Assembly: GCA_043817645.1 (NCBI GenBank)
Contig: JBDRGP010000034.1
Span: forward strand, 15,020 to 79,019
DNA from: Candidatus Woesearchaeota archaeon
GTDB taxonomy: Archaea; Nanobdellota; Nanobdellia; SCGC-AAA011-G17; JACPIM01
Direction: 5' to 3'
DNA: 64,000 nucleotides
The position numbers and the translations under genes were made by a program. Of this stretch, positions 27,801 through 36,757 are shown piece after piece. The notes below the pieces were generated by a model. The model did not search any database. It was given only the letters and a program-made list of their open reading frames with translations, and was not told the DNA's origin. Positions within the stretch are counted from its first letter, which is position 1. Each line of letters begins with the position of its first letter.

Positions 27801-30800
27801 GCTCTGATCATGTTATTGATAGTAATAACATCAGCGTGGCGGCAATTGCAGGTTCTTATGGAATCTATATGGACTTATTCTCAAACAACAATAATATAAC
27901 AAATAATGAAATACTAAGCAGAGGCGATGATAATATAAGAATTCGTGCTTCTTTAGGTAACATAATCAAAAACAACACACTATGCGATTCTGATGATTAT
28001 GGAATCTATATCTATGAAGGCTCAGAAGAAAATGAAATAATAGAAAATACCATTTGCAGCAATACTGACGATGGGATATATATACTTAGTTCAAATGACA
28101 ACGAAATAGTTTCCAATAATATATCATCGAATACAAATGGTATAACCCTCATAGACTCTATATGGAACAAAATAGAAAAAAATAATATTTTTAGTAATAG
28201 TGCTATAGGCCTTAACATAGGTGACGGTTCAACAGGCGGCTCTACTTTTGCTAATGGTGAACTTATCGACACCACTATTAGTGACTCTGGTACAAATGAT
28301 ATTGTATTAGTTGCATCAACTATCAACGCTATTAACCTATCTTTTGATGAAGCAGCAATATCTATTGATGCCGATAGCTCAGCCATATTCAATTGGTGGG
28401 TAGACGTAAATGTAACAGACACAATAACCCAAGTGCCAAGTGCAACAGTCAATATTTACGACAATAATACTAACTTTATTGTTAGTTCGATAACTGATGC
28501 AAGCGGGTACATAGCAAAACTTAATCTAACAGAATACTACCAAGATTCAACAGACAAAATATACTATAGCAATTATACCTTTAATACATCCGCCACAAAT
28601 TATTTCGACGCTACAGACAGCCTTAACGTCTCAACAAACTCTATTTTAGATATACTCTTACTAGAATCCCTACCGCCCGTACTCCAGTCAATTAGTCTAA
28701 ATCCTAGTGACCAAGATAATATAGACCCAAACATAGAAATTAATGTCACAGCAAATGTTACAGACTACATAGCAGTTGATACAGTCATACTTCAGTACAA
28801 AGAAGATAATAATACATTATGGTCTAATAGCAGCATGGTTTACAATAGTAATACCCTATCTTACGAAAATGGATTGTTTACTCCAATAAACAATAACACC
28901 TGGAATTATAGAATCTGGGCAAATGACACGTATGGCAGTTCAAATTTCTCAGAGTATTTTAACGTAAATGTGCAATATGATTATACTTGGAACAGATCTC
29001 CTTTAGATTTCGGAACAATAATAGGTATAATAGACACAACAGGGCCTATAGGTACTTTAACTATCAACAATACTGGTGATTTTAATCTTACAATAGATCT
29101 ATCCTCAACATGGGATGACACAACCTACAACCTATCAGAACCGTTTAACATCGCCCCCAAGGAAAATATCACAATTGGAATAAACGTAACATTTGATGAT
29201 GACATAACTGACATAGATTCAGTAATATCAACCACAGCATCCAACGATAATGAAATACCGTCTCCGCTCCAGCTAAACACTAGTGTAGAGATTTCTTCCT
29301 ACACTGGCGGACCATATCTTATACTGACTCTGGATACTTATCCAACAACAGCCAAGCAAACAAGTATACAAACACTTAAATCAAAGATACAAAACCTTGC
29401 TAAATATGCAGATGAAACAGTTTTCAACATAACCTTAAATTGGAGCTTGCCTCCTGGTTGGTCACTCCTTACTGGAAATATTTCAAGCAATTTTTCCAAT
29501 TTAACTGCACAATCAATCGAATGGGCAAATCTGTCCCTTATAGTTGGCACAAGCGCCCCTTATGATGAAAATGGAACAAATACCACTATTAGTGTAAGTG
29601 TAATTTCTGATTCAGATACAAGTGATGCGTTATCTCAAAATGTAATTCTCCTCTGTAATGGAGCTGATGGTGTTTGTGGAGAAGGGTGTTGGGATGATGT
29701 AGACTCTGACTGTCTAAACACTGCGCCTATAACCAGTGGTGGAGGAAGCACGGGTGGCGCAGCAGGTGGGGGCGCAGCAGGTGGCTCAAGCGGACAAGTT
29801 AGTACAGAAAGAGCACTACAAATAAAAGAAAGCTCAGAAACGGTAGAAGTCTTAAAGGGCGAATCCAATTTTTTCAATATAGATATTGCAAATATTTATC
29901 CCAACTCAGTTTTAAAAGATATTACTCTTAAAGTCGAAGGTTTCCTAGAACAATACCTCACAATAAAACCAATAACAATTTCACAAATAATCTACCAAGG
30001 AAAAGATAAATTTACTGTATATATTGATACTCCCAAATATTTAAGTTTCGGAATTTATCAACTGGAAGCAACAATTGAAGGCAATCTTGTAAAAGGCCAA
30101 ACCTCCCAAAAGATAGTAGAAAAAAGAACAATCAACCTAGTAGTGCATGAAATAAAAGGGGAGGTAGCATTAGAAGCAATTTCAAAAGGAGAACAAATAA
30201 TAACAGAAATGGAAAAAGAAGGCTTTGCAACAAAACTCATTTCTTGGTCATTAAATGAAGCAAGGAATGCATTTGAAAATAAACAATATAAACAAGCAAA
30301 GGACATAATAGATGGCCTCATAGAAAAGAAAGACAGAGCCTATGAAGCAAAAACCTTAATGAAAGACGTTGAGAAAAGGATAGAAGATGCGAAGAAAGAA
30401 GGCTTAGACGTAAGTACAACTGAAAAACTTTACACTCTTGCGCTTGCAGCATTTGATAGAGAGGACTATGAAACGGCAGCAAAGAACCTAAAAGAAGCCC
30501 AGCTAACAGAACTTTTAGAAACAAAGGGAAGAATAAATATTCTTAAAGCTATTATTAATCATTGGCTGGCAATTTTAATATCCCTCCTAGGGCTATCAGT
30601 AGTAACCACAATTCTCTACAAAAAAATACACGCACTAATAATTAAATACAAAATCTTTTACCTAAACAAAGAAGAAGAAAATGTTATCAGTTTAATCAAA
30701 GAAGCACAAAGAGGGTATTATGTAAAAAAAGAAATAGATTTTGCTAATTTTTCCAAAACCATTGAACAATACGGCCTGCGGATAGCAAAGATAAGACAAA

Positions 30801-31210
30801 AAAGATTAGAACTAATAAGCAAAAGAATGGCAGCCCTGACAGCCAAGCTAGCAAAAAGAAGAATGGAGAGCGAAAGAAGAAAAATACTCAAAGACATAAA
30901 GCTTTCTCAGAAAGGTTACTTTGTAGAGAACAAGCTAGGTCAGGCAGAGTATGCCACAGTAAGCAGGATTAACCAAGAGAGACTAGTAGAATTGGATAAG
31001 AACCTCGAAATACTCGCTTCAAGGATTGAAAAAGAAAGGGGGTCTTTCTGGTCAAGGACTAAAAATATGACGTTAAATATCCTGCACAGGGCTTCAACTT
31101 TCAACCATAAGGAAAGAAAAAGCCTTAAAGAAAGAAGAAAGATTGAAAAAGACGTAGAGAATAGAATAAAAAAAGAACTTAAAAAAAGATTAAAAAATGA
31201 AAAAAAGTAG
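24845..31210 (+). CDS. giant (2121 aa) surface protein: signal/anchor, long parallel beta-helix (PbH1-type) repeat array with very dense N-glycosylation sequons, Gly/Ala linker, C-terminal TM and basic coiled-coil cytoplasmic tail
   Basis: Hydrophobic N-terminus (IGVILFAIIILFLISQV). Dozens of roughly 22-aa repeats of the form N.I..N.F......YG(I/L)Y(L/F), e.g. IENNTIIGT, NNNISGGTYGLYLS, as in pectate-lyase-like beta-helices. NxT/S tripeptides throughout. CNGADGVCGEGCWDDVDSDC and a GGGSTGGAAGGGAAGGSSG linker near aa 1610-1650. TM segment ILISLLGLSVVTTILY, then a K/R-rich coiled-coil tail. Its start is 3 nt after the KaiC-like stop. Confidence 0.65.
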   Translation: MKNFPKIDWKNKEIGVILFAIIILFLISQVPLNPLPEQETDKQLGEIKFPSKYMPSITGLTVEDIYEFIIPNETQEENIIIPSENETTVEEPSTNGTEELFEIPQDLTDIEIEIPPVEEPIFEIPINETNISEGITFRDTQPSIKILNSELNNGNWIITFNTTGIANLTITPTNGTTWTNKNETADLKLLELNCGSNPINYKWINDSIFIEDYQCNETGYKTSEILTEKNHNLEFKFGTHKIIIQSSPGFNQQEFATHSTTISACATLSIADEEYLLDSDIPNDDGTCFTIGATGITFDCQGHTIDGDADPSGYGIIINNANYDDLTIKNCIIQEFARNLYVGANSDNIRIENSSLLDGYYDGILTYSTDNMYIVNSTFTGVTEYGAYFTYSGTNENNNWTIINSTFRGGTTTSDYGARLRLMANVTIKESNFTGGAAASSYGLYVEMGENVTVVNNTIHSPIYIGLRFHRVNNSRVQQNNLTSGTSYGFYFADYNNRNKIENNLFSGAYAMYQAYSDNNTFVNNNFTSTTQYTYMRYSNDYNNYSYNNFSSTTHGIYLRDGSEHNDFIGNKITTSSDYGVYFLHSNNNTRFINNNISGGTYGLYLSQSAISDNIKIINNEIESSTDSIYLLGANNATIENNTIIGTQGRLVLNRVYNSTIKNQEFRDTQALSQTLSDNNVFENNNFTSTTSYTYITYSNNNNYTDNNFTSTSSYGMWLRYDSKDNNFVDNDFISGTNYGAYIREDCLRNNFTTNRFISGTSFGARFYDNNDNNIIYYNNFSSGNNWALYFDNGNDNNIFKFNNFSSTNAGALAILTRSSNNILDNNSFYGDASASDDAVYIATSSNNNTISNSTLEGNRYGLYINNADNNKIENNKINASVSDAIYLYFTTKGNVINNNVLGAPRYPIYMLYGAQYNNITNNYLKSDTSFFYLNTACDNNVIENNTIASGTADADYGIYVAYSDGNKIINNNITSGDYGIYLYSSSDHVIDSNNISVAAIAGSYGIYMDLFSNNNNITNNEILSRGDDNIRIRASLGNIIKNNTLCDSDDYGIYIYEGSEENEIIENTICSNTDDGIYILSSNDNEIVSNNISSNTNGITLIDSIWNKIEKNNIFSNSAIGLNIGDGSTGGSTFANGELIDTTISDSGTNDIVLVASTINAINLSFDEAAISIDADSSAIFNWWVDVNVTDTITQVPSATVNIYDNNTNFIVSSITDASGYIAKLNLTEYYQDSTDKIYYSNYTFNTSATNYFDATDSLNVSTNSILDILLLESLPPVLQSISLNPSDQDNIDPNIEINVTANVTDYIAVDTVILQYKEDNNTLWSNSSMVYNSNTLSYENGLFTPINNNTWNYRIWANDTYGSSNFSEYFNVNVQYDYTWNRSPLDFGTIIGIIDTTGPIGTLTINNTGDFNLTIDLSSTWDDTTYNLSEPFNIAPKENITIGINVTFDDDITDIDSVISTTASNDNEIPSPLQLNTSVEISSYTGGPYLILTLDTYPTTAKQTSIQTLKSKIQNLAKYADETVFNITLNWSLPPGWSLLTGNISSNFSNLTAQSIEWANLSLIVGTSAPYDENGTNTTISVSVISDSDTSDALSQNVILLCNGADGVCGEGCWDDVDSDCLNTAPITSGGGSTGGAAGGGAAGGSSGQVSTERALQIKESSETVEVLKGESNFFNIDIANIYPNSVLKDITLKVEGFLEQYLTIKPITISQIIYQGKDKFTVYIDTPKYLSFGIYQLEATIEGNLVKGQTSQKIVEKRTINLVVHEIKGEVALEAISKGEQIITEMEKEGFATKLISWSLNEARNAFENKQYKQAKDIIDGLIEKKDRAYEAKTLMKDVEKRIEDAKKEGLDVSTTEKLYTLALAAFDREDYETAAKNLKEAQLTELLETKGRINILKAIINHWLAILISLLGLSVVTTILYKKIHALIIKYKIFYLNKEEENVISLIKEAQRGYYVKKEIDFANFSKTIEQYGLRIAKIRQKRLELISKRMAALTAKLAKRRMESERRKILKDIKLSQKGYFVENKLGQAEYATVSRINQERLVELDKNLEILASRIEKERGSFWSRTKNMTLNILHRASTFNHKERKSLKERRKIEKDVENRIKKELKKRLKNEKK

Positions 31211-32531
31211 AAGATTAATAATAATTCTTATTTGTATGAGTTTAGCATATTCAGTACAGGCACAGCTAACCTTATCTGAAAAAGAGACTAGAGCCAATCA
31301 ACTCATGGACGAAATAAATGACTACGTAAATGAAGTCAACGACAAAGGCTACCCAGATGACACAATAAACCGCCTATACAAACAAGCACAGGAAGACTAC
31401 AAAAACTTCAAAGATGAATTCAGTCTTGCAGAATTAGGGGAACTATCTGTTCAAATCAAAAAAAGAAAAGATAACATTCTAGAGATCAATAGGTTCATTG
31501 AACAAGTAAACAAAAATGTCGAAAAATACGCAAATAACAAAAGATTGAATACTAGCCAATATGAAACCACTAGAATAGAAATTTCTAGATTACTACTCAA
31601 AAGAGAATATACCCTGGCATATTCTTTAGCCTTAACCATAGAAACAGATATGGAACTAACCGTTCTAGATTATATCTTTGAATCAGAGGTGGAAGTTGAT
31701 AAATTAAAAAGTAGTAATTTTTCCACCATCTATTTCGAAGATTTATTGCTCTCAATGAAAAACGCCTTTAGCGGAGCAAAAACAGAGGGGATATCACTTA
31801 AAATAAAAGGACAGGAAGATAGCTTCAAAAAAGATTATGCCCAGGGACTAGTCAAAAACATCGAGAATAAAAAGAACAATCTAAAATTTGTGGATTATTC
31901 CTTAATTTTACAGAACACAGAGGAAGTAATTTTCAAAAAAGAGCAGGTGTACAGCATTAAAAGTAGGATGGATAAATTAAAATCAAAAATTGATGAGTAC
32001 TCCGCACAAGATATTGATACATCAAAAACCTCAGCAATATTCGAAGAGGCAATAGTCGCATTCAATGAAGAAAATTTGGATAAAGCAGATGTCTTGCTTA
32101 TAGAAGGAGAGAATGGACTAGACGCTGAAAAAGCAAAACTAAACATAACCCAACTTATTGCAAGAGAAAGTGTAGGCCTCTTAAAAAAACATTGGAAAAG
32201 TATAACGATAGGCTTGGCAACTGTTTTCCTTTTAAGTTATATTATTTATAAAAAAGAAAAAGTAAATAGATTAAAAAGGAGACTGCAAAGATTAAAAATA
32301 GAAAAAGACGCTATAATAGACCTAATAAAAGAAAGCCAAAAAGAGAGATTTATCAAAAAAACATTGGCTGAGTCTCACTACAGGATAAAAATGGAAAAAT
32401 ATGATGAGAGATTAAATGAAGTCAAGAAGGATATCAAAACTATTGAAACGGTTTTAATAAACCTTGCCCGAGGGAAAGACAAACAAAAAGATGAAGATAA
32501 AAATGATAAAAATAAAAGAAAGGTCAATTAA
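31197..32531 (+). CDS. secreted coiled-coil protein with C-terminal TM anchor and cytoplasmic tail homologous to the tail of the giant protein
   Basis: 444 aa with signal peptide MKKSRRLIIILICMSLAYSVQAQ, a long coiled coil and the TM ITIGLATVFLLSYIIY. The post-TM segment (RLKRRLQRLKIEKDAIIDLIKESQKERFIKKTLAES) parallels that of the giant protein (KIFYLNKEEENVISLIKEAQRGYYVKKEIDF). Overlaps the giant gene by 14 nt. Confidence 0.5.
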   Translation: MKKSRRLIIILICMSLAYSVQAQLTLSEKETRANQLMDEINDYVNEVNDKGYPDDTINRLYKQAQEDYKNFKDEFSLAELGELSVQIKKRKDNILEINRFIEQVNKNVEKYANNKRLNTSQYETTRIEISRLLLKREYTLAYSLALTIETDMELTVLDYIFESEVEVDKLKSSNFSTIYFEDLLLSMKNAFSGAKTEGISLKIKGQEDSFKKDYAQGLVKNIENKKNNLKFVDYSLILQNTEEVIFKKEQVYSIKSRMDKLKSKIDEYSAQDIDTSKTSAIFEEAIVAFNEENLDKADVLLIEGENGLDAEKAKLNITQLIARESVGLLKKHWKSITIGLATVFLLSYIIYKKEKVNRLKRRLQRLKIEKDAIIDLIKESQKERFIKKTLAESHYRIKMEKYDERLNEVKKDIKTIETVLINLARGKDKQKDEDKNDKNKRKVN

Positions 32532-33087
32532 AAATTATTTTAAATATAACAAGTTTAATCTTTTAGCCATAGTCCTATTCTCTCTCCTTTGGTCTCTAGC
32601 CTACTACTTAATAGACTCCATACCAAACAGTTTTTTCAAACTAGTTCTTTTTATGTTTTTTCTTAATATTATCTTAGCCCTACTGATACTTTTTGTACAA
32701 AGATTTGGAGCCGTTTTATTATTTTATCTTATAGAAGCTGTCAAACAATTTAAGGTACCTTATCTAGAAAGCTTTCAACAAGACACAATATTAGTTCTCA
32801 TCATTATTGGTTTAATCTTCGAATTATTATTATTTATTAGTCAAACTACTTTCAAAAAGAGTAGTTACCATGAAATCTTTGTCCTTGCAATCTCAAATGC
32901 TATCATGCCAATTTTATTTAGTTTCTTCATATCTTTCGACTTCATAATAGAAAATTTAGGCAACGTTCTCAACTTATCCCTAATCTTTTTCATAATCAAT
33001 CTGATCGGGTGCGCTTGTGGTTTTTTAATTTGGCAACATATAAGAAGCTCCAAAAAGATTCTCAAATTTGAATACCTAAATAGTTAA
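32464..33087 (+). CDS. polytopic membrane protein (unknown); real start probably at an internal Met
   Basis: 207 aa ORF with at least 5 TM helices. Its first about 20 codons overlap the preceding gene, so an internal start (MKIKMIKIK...) is likely. Confidence 0.3.
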   Translation: MPEGKTNKKMKIKMIKIKERSIKNYFKYNKFNLLAIVLFSLLWSLAYYLIDSIPNSFFKLVLFMFFLNIILALLILFVQRFGAVLLFYLIEAVKQFKVPYLESFQQDTILVLIIIGLIFELLLFISQTTFKKSSYHEIFVLAISNAIMPILFSFFISFDFIIENLGNVLNLSLIFFIINLIGCACGFLIWQHIRSSKKILKFEYLNS

Positions 33088-34085
33088 TCTTCAATTTCGC
33101 CCAGTCCATAAACCCTCTCAAACTCCTCAACAAACAAACCAGCCACACTAGAATCATGAACAATCAAAACATTCTCATCATTCTTGCTATCCCCAGATTT
33201 AGAAGGATTATAACTGCCAAAAACAACAATATCATCAACAATAAACACCTTATGATGCATTGCTCCTTTATTAACATCCAATTTAACATCCATTCCTAAT
33301 TCCTTAAACTTTTCATATTCAGAATATTTACTTCCTGCCTGAGTTCTTTCAAAAACACCTTTTATATCAACACCATAATGATAATTTTTAATAATCTCTT
33401 CGCCAATACCATCAGAAGTAAAAGAAAAAGTCATAAAATAAATCCTACCCTTAGCTCCGTTCAAAATTTCAATTACCCTATTTTCACACCCATCATCGGG
33501 ACAAAACAAATTTTCTATTAAAAAACTATTAAACATAACTCTAGGATTTCGAACCTTATCACCCTTACCAAAACTTCCTCCCCACATCTCATTAAATTCA
33601 TCCAAATAATTATCAGCCAAAGTTCTACTCTCTATCAAAACTAGATTATTATTATTTCTAGAAACACCATTTTTAGTAGGATTCATACTTCCAGTAACTA
33701 CCTTAGAACCATCCAAAATACAGAACTTATTATGCATTAATCCTTGTTTACCATCTTTTCTAACAAAATCCATTTCAACCTTATCAAAATTAGCATCATC
33801 AATAATAAGCTTATGCTCCTTCAACCTTATTGCCTCAATAACACTTTCTAAATTTAAATCAAAAAAAGCACAATAAACTAAATTTGAATCTTCAATCTCC
33901 CTTAAAAGAATATTTTCACAATCCTCTTGAGGACAAAAATAAACATTAATATTTCCAAAATCTTGGGAAAGCATTTCTTTATTTTCTTCAAATACAACTT
34001 CGCCAATAAAAAAACCATCAAACCTATCTCTAACAAAAAAAGCAACCACAAACAAAACCAAAAACACTAATAATATTTTTTTCAT
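33084..34085 (-). CDS. secreted phospholipase D-superfamily protein with two HKD motifs (PLD/Nuc-like phosphodiesterase)
   Basis: 333 aa with an N-terminal signal/anchor (MKKILLVFLVLFVVAFFV) and two H.K....D motifs: GLMHNKFCILDGSKVVTGSMNPT and AMHHKVFIVDDIVVFGSYNPS. Confidence 0.65.
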   Translation of the reverse strand: MKKILLVFLVLFVVAFFVRDRFDGFFIGEVVFEENKEMLSQDFGNINVYFCPQEDCENILLREIEDSNLVYCAFFDLNLESVIEAIRLKEHKLIIDDANFDKVEMDFVRKDGKQGLMHNKFCILDGSKVVTGSMNPTKNGVSRNNNNLVLIESRTLADNYLDEFNEMWGGSFGKGDKVRNPRVMFNSFLIENLFCPDDGCENRVIEILNGAKGRIYFMTFSFTSDGIGEEIIKNYHYGVDIKGVFERTQAGSKYSEYEKFKELGMDVKLDVNKGAMHHKVFIVDDIVVFGSYNPSKSGDSKNDENVLIVHDSSVAGLFVEEFERVYGLGEIED

Positions 34086-34090
34086 AAAAT

Positions 34091-35179
34091 TTAATCTATA
34101 AAATCCTTAGCCTTAATCTTGGTCGGAAGATAAGTGTCAGAAATAAAACTTATACCCCTGGCACTTAGCGCCTGTATCTCCGCCTTAGCATCAATTTTTT
34201 TCATCATAATAAATTGTTTCAACCAAGCCGTATTATCTCTAAACCAAGCATATTGAGAAACCTGCTTAATTCTCGCTTTATCTGTATCCTTCAGCTTAAT
34301 CAAATGTTTTTGCAACCCATAATTCTCTATATCCTGATAGGTAATACCTAAGTACCTTACCCCTGGAATAGCCATTTTTTCAGATAAATGCGCGAGTGCA
34401 ATAGAACCGTATTTTATAACAGAATAAATGTACGCGCCATAAATGTCCCAATCCGCCAATACATAAATCGGTAACTTATGCTCATTATACAATCTCTGTA
34501 ATAATCTTCTAATGCCTCTAGTAGTCTGGCCTTGCGAACTCATAATTATACAATTTTGTTTATCCCAAAATCGATCTTCATGCAGCCTCTCCCAGACAGC
34601 ACTCTTCTCCATATACAAAACATATTTCGCAGCCACTTTCTTAAATTTAATATCCTCAACATTACTAGGAATGCTCCACCCTCCAGAACCCATCTTGCTC
34701 CAATCAATAGTATCGCCCTTATCCTCAACAACAACCTTGCCAGCAACACTCCCCATCTTATTAGCGTTTACGTTTAACTGCTCTCTAGATTTTCCAACAA
34801 TCAACTCCATATCCTCAATTACAGAATCACTCTCACTTTGATCATCCACAACATTAACTTTGGTTCCTGGAATAGTTCTCTTAACCATGTAAAATACATC
34901 TCTTAGACTAGCATGCTTTTTCTCTTTCAATAAATCGCCACTTACCTTAGCAACTTCTAAAGTCTGTAAAAACTTTTTAGCATGAGCAACATTAAAGAAT
35001 TGTCTACTTGCCATTTTATTCCCTAAAACTAATGTCCTAGATTTCTTATCAAATTCAACATTACTCAAAGATCTAACTGGCAATTCAATCAGAGGATTTT
35101 TTCCTTTTTTAACCTGACCAACTAAATCTTTCCCAAATTTCTTCAATTCATCCTTAGAACTAACTTTCTTTTTTTTCAT
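34091..35179 (-). CDS. top6A: DNA topoisomerase VI subunit A (Spo11-like)
   Basis: 362 aa with a CAP-like N-terminal region and a Toprim-type acidic cluster (PIYVLADWDIYGAYI, compare D.D.YG of Top6A/Spo11). Overlaps the Top6B stop by 20 nt. Confidence 0.65.
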   Translation of the reverse strand: MKKKKVSSKDELKKFGKDLVGQVKKGKNPLIELPVRSLSNVEFDKKSRTLVLGNKMASRQFFNVAHAKKFLQTLEVAKVSGDLLKEKKHASLRDVFYMVKRTIPGTKVNVVDDQSESDSVIEDMELIVGKSREQLNVNANKMGSVAGKVVVEDKGDTIDWSKMGSGGWSIPSNVEDIKFKKVAAKYVLYMEKSAVWERLHEDRFWDKQNCIIMSSQGQTTRGIRRLLQRLYNEHKLPIYVLADWDIYGAYIYSVIKYGSIALAHLSEKMAIPGVRYLGITYQDIENYGLQKHLIKLKDTDKARIKQVSQYAWFRDNTAWLKQFIMMKKIDAKAEIQALSARGISFISDTYLPTKIKAKDFID

Positions 35180-36728
35180 TTAGTATCGCCTTCGCATTTT
35201 TTTTCAATATAGAATTTAATTTTTTCTCAATCAAAACCTTATTCTCGCCACTTAAAATAGCTAAATCGCGAGCAACTTCAGGAATATACTTACCAAACAA
35301 ATTTACTCTTTCTTGCTGCTCCTTAGCTTTAACAGTTTTTCTAATAAAACTTCCTAACTTTCTACCAACATCCTGTAAAGCCAATTTTAATTCCTTAATA
35401 ATCTCAGGATAGTGCGCGATGGCGTCCTTGGCCTCAGAAGTAAAAGGTACCCACACTGAGGCAATGTGCACCAATAAATAAACAGGACCAACAGGCAACG
35501 CCCCTTTACTCTGACTCAGCCCGTAATTTCTCCAGCTTGTCTGTAAAACACTCTTAGTTATTGAACAAGCCCCTTGCTGGTACTGCAAAGGAACCTTATT
35601 AGCCAACCTCACTAATCTGATTGAATCATCAGAAGGTATCTCTCCCCCATATGCCAAACCAGCCTCAATTTGAAACGGAAAACCCCTATAAACTTTAGGT
35701 CTTCTAGTAATGGCCGCGTAAAAATCTGCCTTAATCTCCTTCTTCAAACCATCTATAACAGCCTTTTCACCAATAGGACTCAAACAATCTAAAGGAGGAG
35801 CCATAATTTTAGTTTCCCTAATACTTTTAATCAACGACTCAGCTTGCACATGACCAAGTTCCTTTGGTTTCATTCTGCAATCAACCAAAGCTCTATCACA
35901 AATCTGTTTAGCTAAATTGCTAGAAACTCTTGAAAATTCAGAAGACATAAACCCCTGCAAGTTTCTTGCCTTGCTCTGATGAGCCATCCTCAATAAAATG
36001 CCAACTTCAACACCATAAGGATGCGGCTTAATCGCCTTTGGCTCTTTCGGCAGTTTCTGCACAACTCTCTTAAAAACAGTTTTTTTCTTATCAGGGCCAA
36101 TAAAAATTACCTCAGCATGTGGGTTTGCAATAGCAGTCTGTCTTAAATATTCCTCAACACCTTGTTTTCCTTTCTGATACTTTCCTTCCAACTCAATCTC
36201 AACTCTAGTCCCATGGTCCAAAGAAAAATCAACTATGTGATCCTTAATAATATGAGGTTCATTTTTATTAATATCAATTTTCAAATGATAATGATGCGCT
36301 GGCCTTTTCTTCCCAATTTTAGAAGTAATAATTGCAGGTTTACCTGTAGTTAACTGACCATACAACGTACTAGCACTAACGCCGATTCCTTGTTGCCCCC
36401 TAGACATTTGATATCTAAAGAACTTACTCCCATACAATAATTTCGCAAAAACTTTTGGTATCTGTTCCTTAACTATCCCAGGCCCATTATCCTGTACGGA
36501 CACAACGAACCTTGTTTCCCCCAACTGCCTAAGCTCTATCTTAATCTCTGGCAAAACCCTCATCTCTTCAGTAGCATCCAAAGAATTATCAACCAATTCC
36601 TTAACAGTCGTACTCAGAGCTCTCAATAGATTATCGAATCCTAACAAATGCCTATTTTTCTCAAAGAATGCTGCAACAGAAATCTCTCTCTGTTCTTTCG
36701 CCAGTTCTTCAGCTCGGTGTTTCACCAT
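35160..36728 (-). CDS. top6B: DNA topoisomerase VI subunit B (GHKL/Bergerat ATPase)
   Basis: 522 aa; N-box ELVDNSLDA, G-boxes DNGPGI and GSKF..GQQGIGVS, then H2TH and transducer regions. Confidence 0.8.
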   Translation of the reverse strand: MVKHRAEELAKEQREISVAAFFEKNRHLLGFDNLLRALSTTVKELVDNSLDATEEMRVLPEIKIELRQLGETRFVVSVQDNGPGIVKEQIPKVFAKLLYGSKFFRYQMSRGQQGIGVSASTLYGQLTTGKPAIITSKIGKKRPAHHYHLKIDINKNEPHIIKDHIVDFSLDHGTRVEIELEGKYQKGKQGVEEYLRQTAIANPHAEVIFIGPDKKKTVFKRVVQKLPKEPKAIKPHPYGVEVGILLRMAHQSKARNLQGFMSSEFSRVSSNLAKQICDRALVDCRMKPKELGHVQAESLIKSIRETKIMAPPLDCLSPIGEKAVIDGLKKEIKADFYAAITRRPKVYRGFPFQIEAGLAYGGEIPSDDSIRLVRLANKVPLQYQQGACSITKSVLQTSWRNYGLSQSKGALPVGPVYLLVHIASVWVPFTSEAKDAIAHYPEIIKELKLALQDVGRKLGSFIRKTVKAKEQQERVNLFGKYIPEVARDLAILSGENKVLIEKKLNSILKKNAKAILNEKKES

Positions 36729-36757
36729 CTTTTACCTTAAGATTTTTAGATTCTTTT

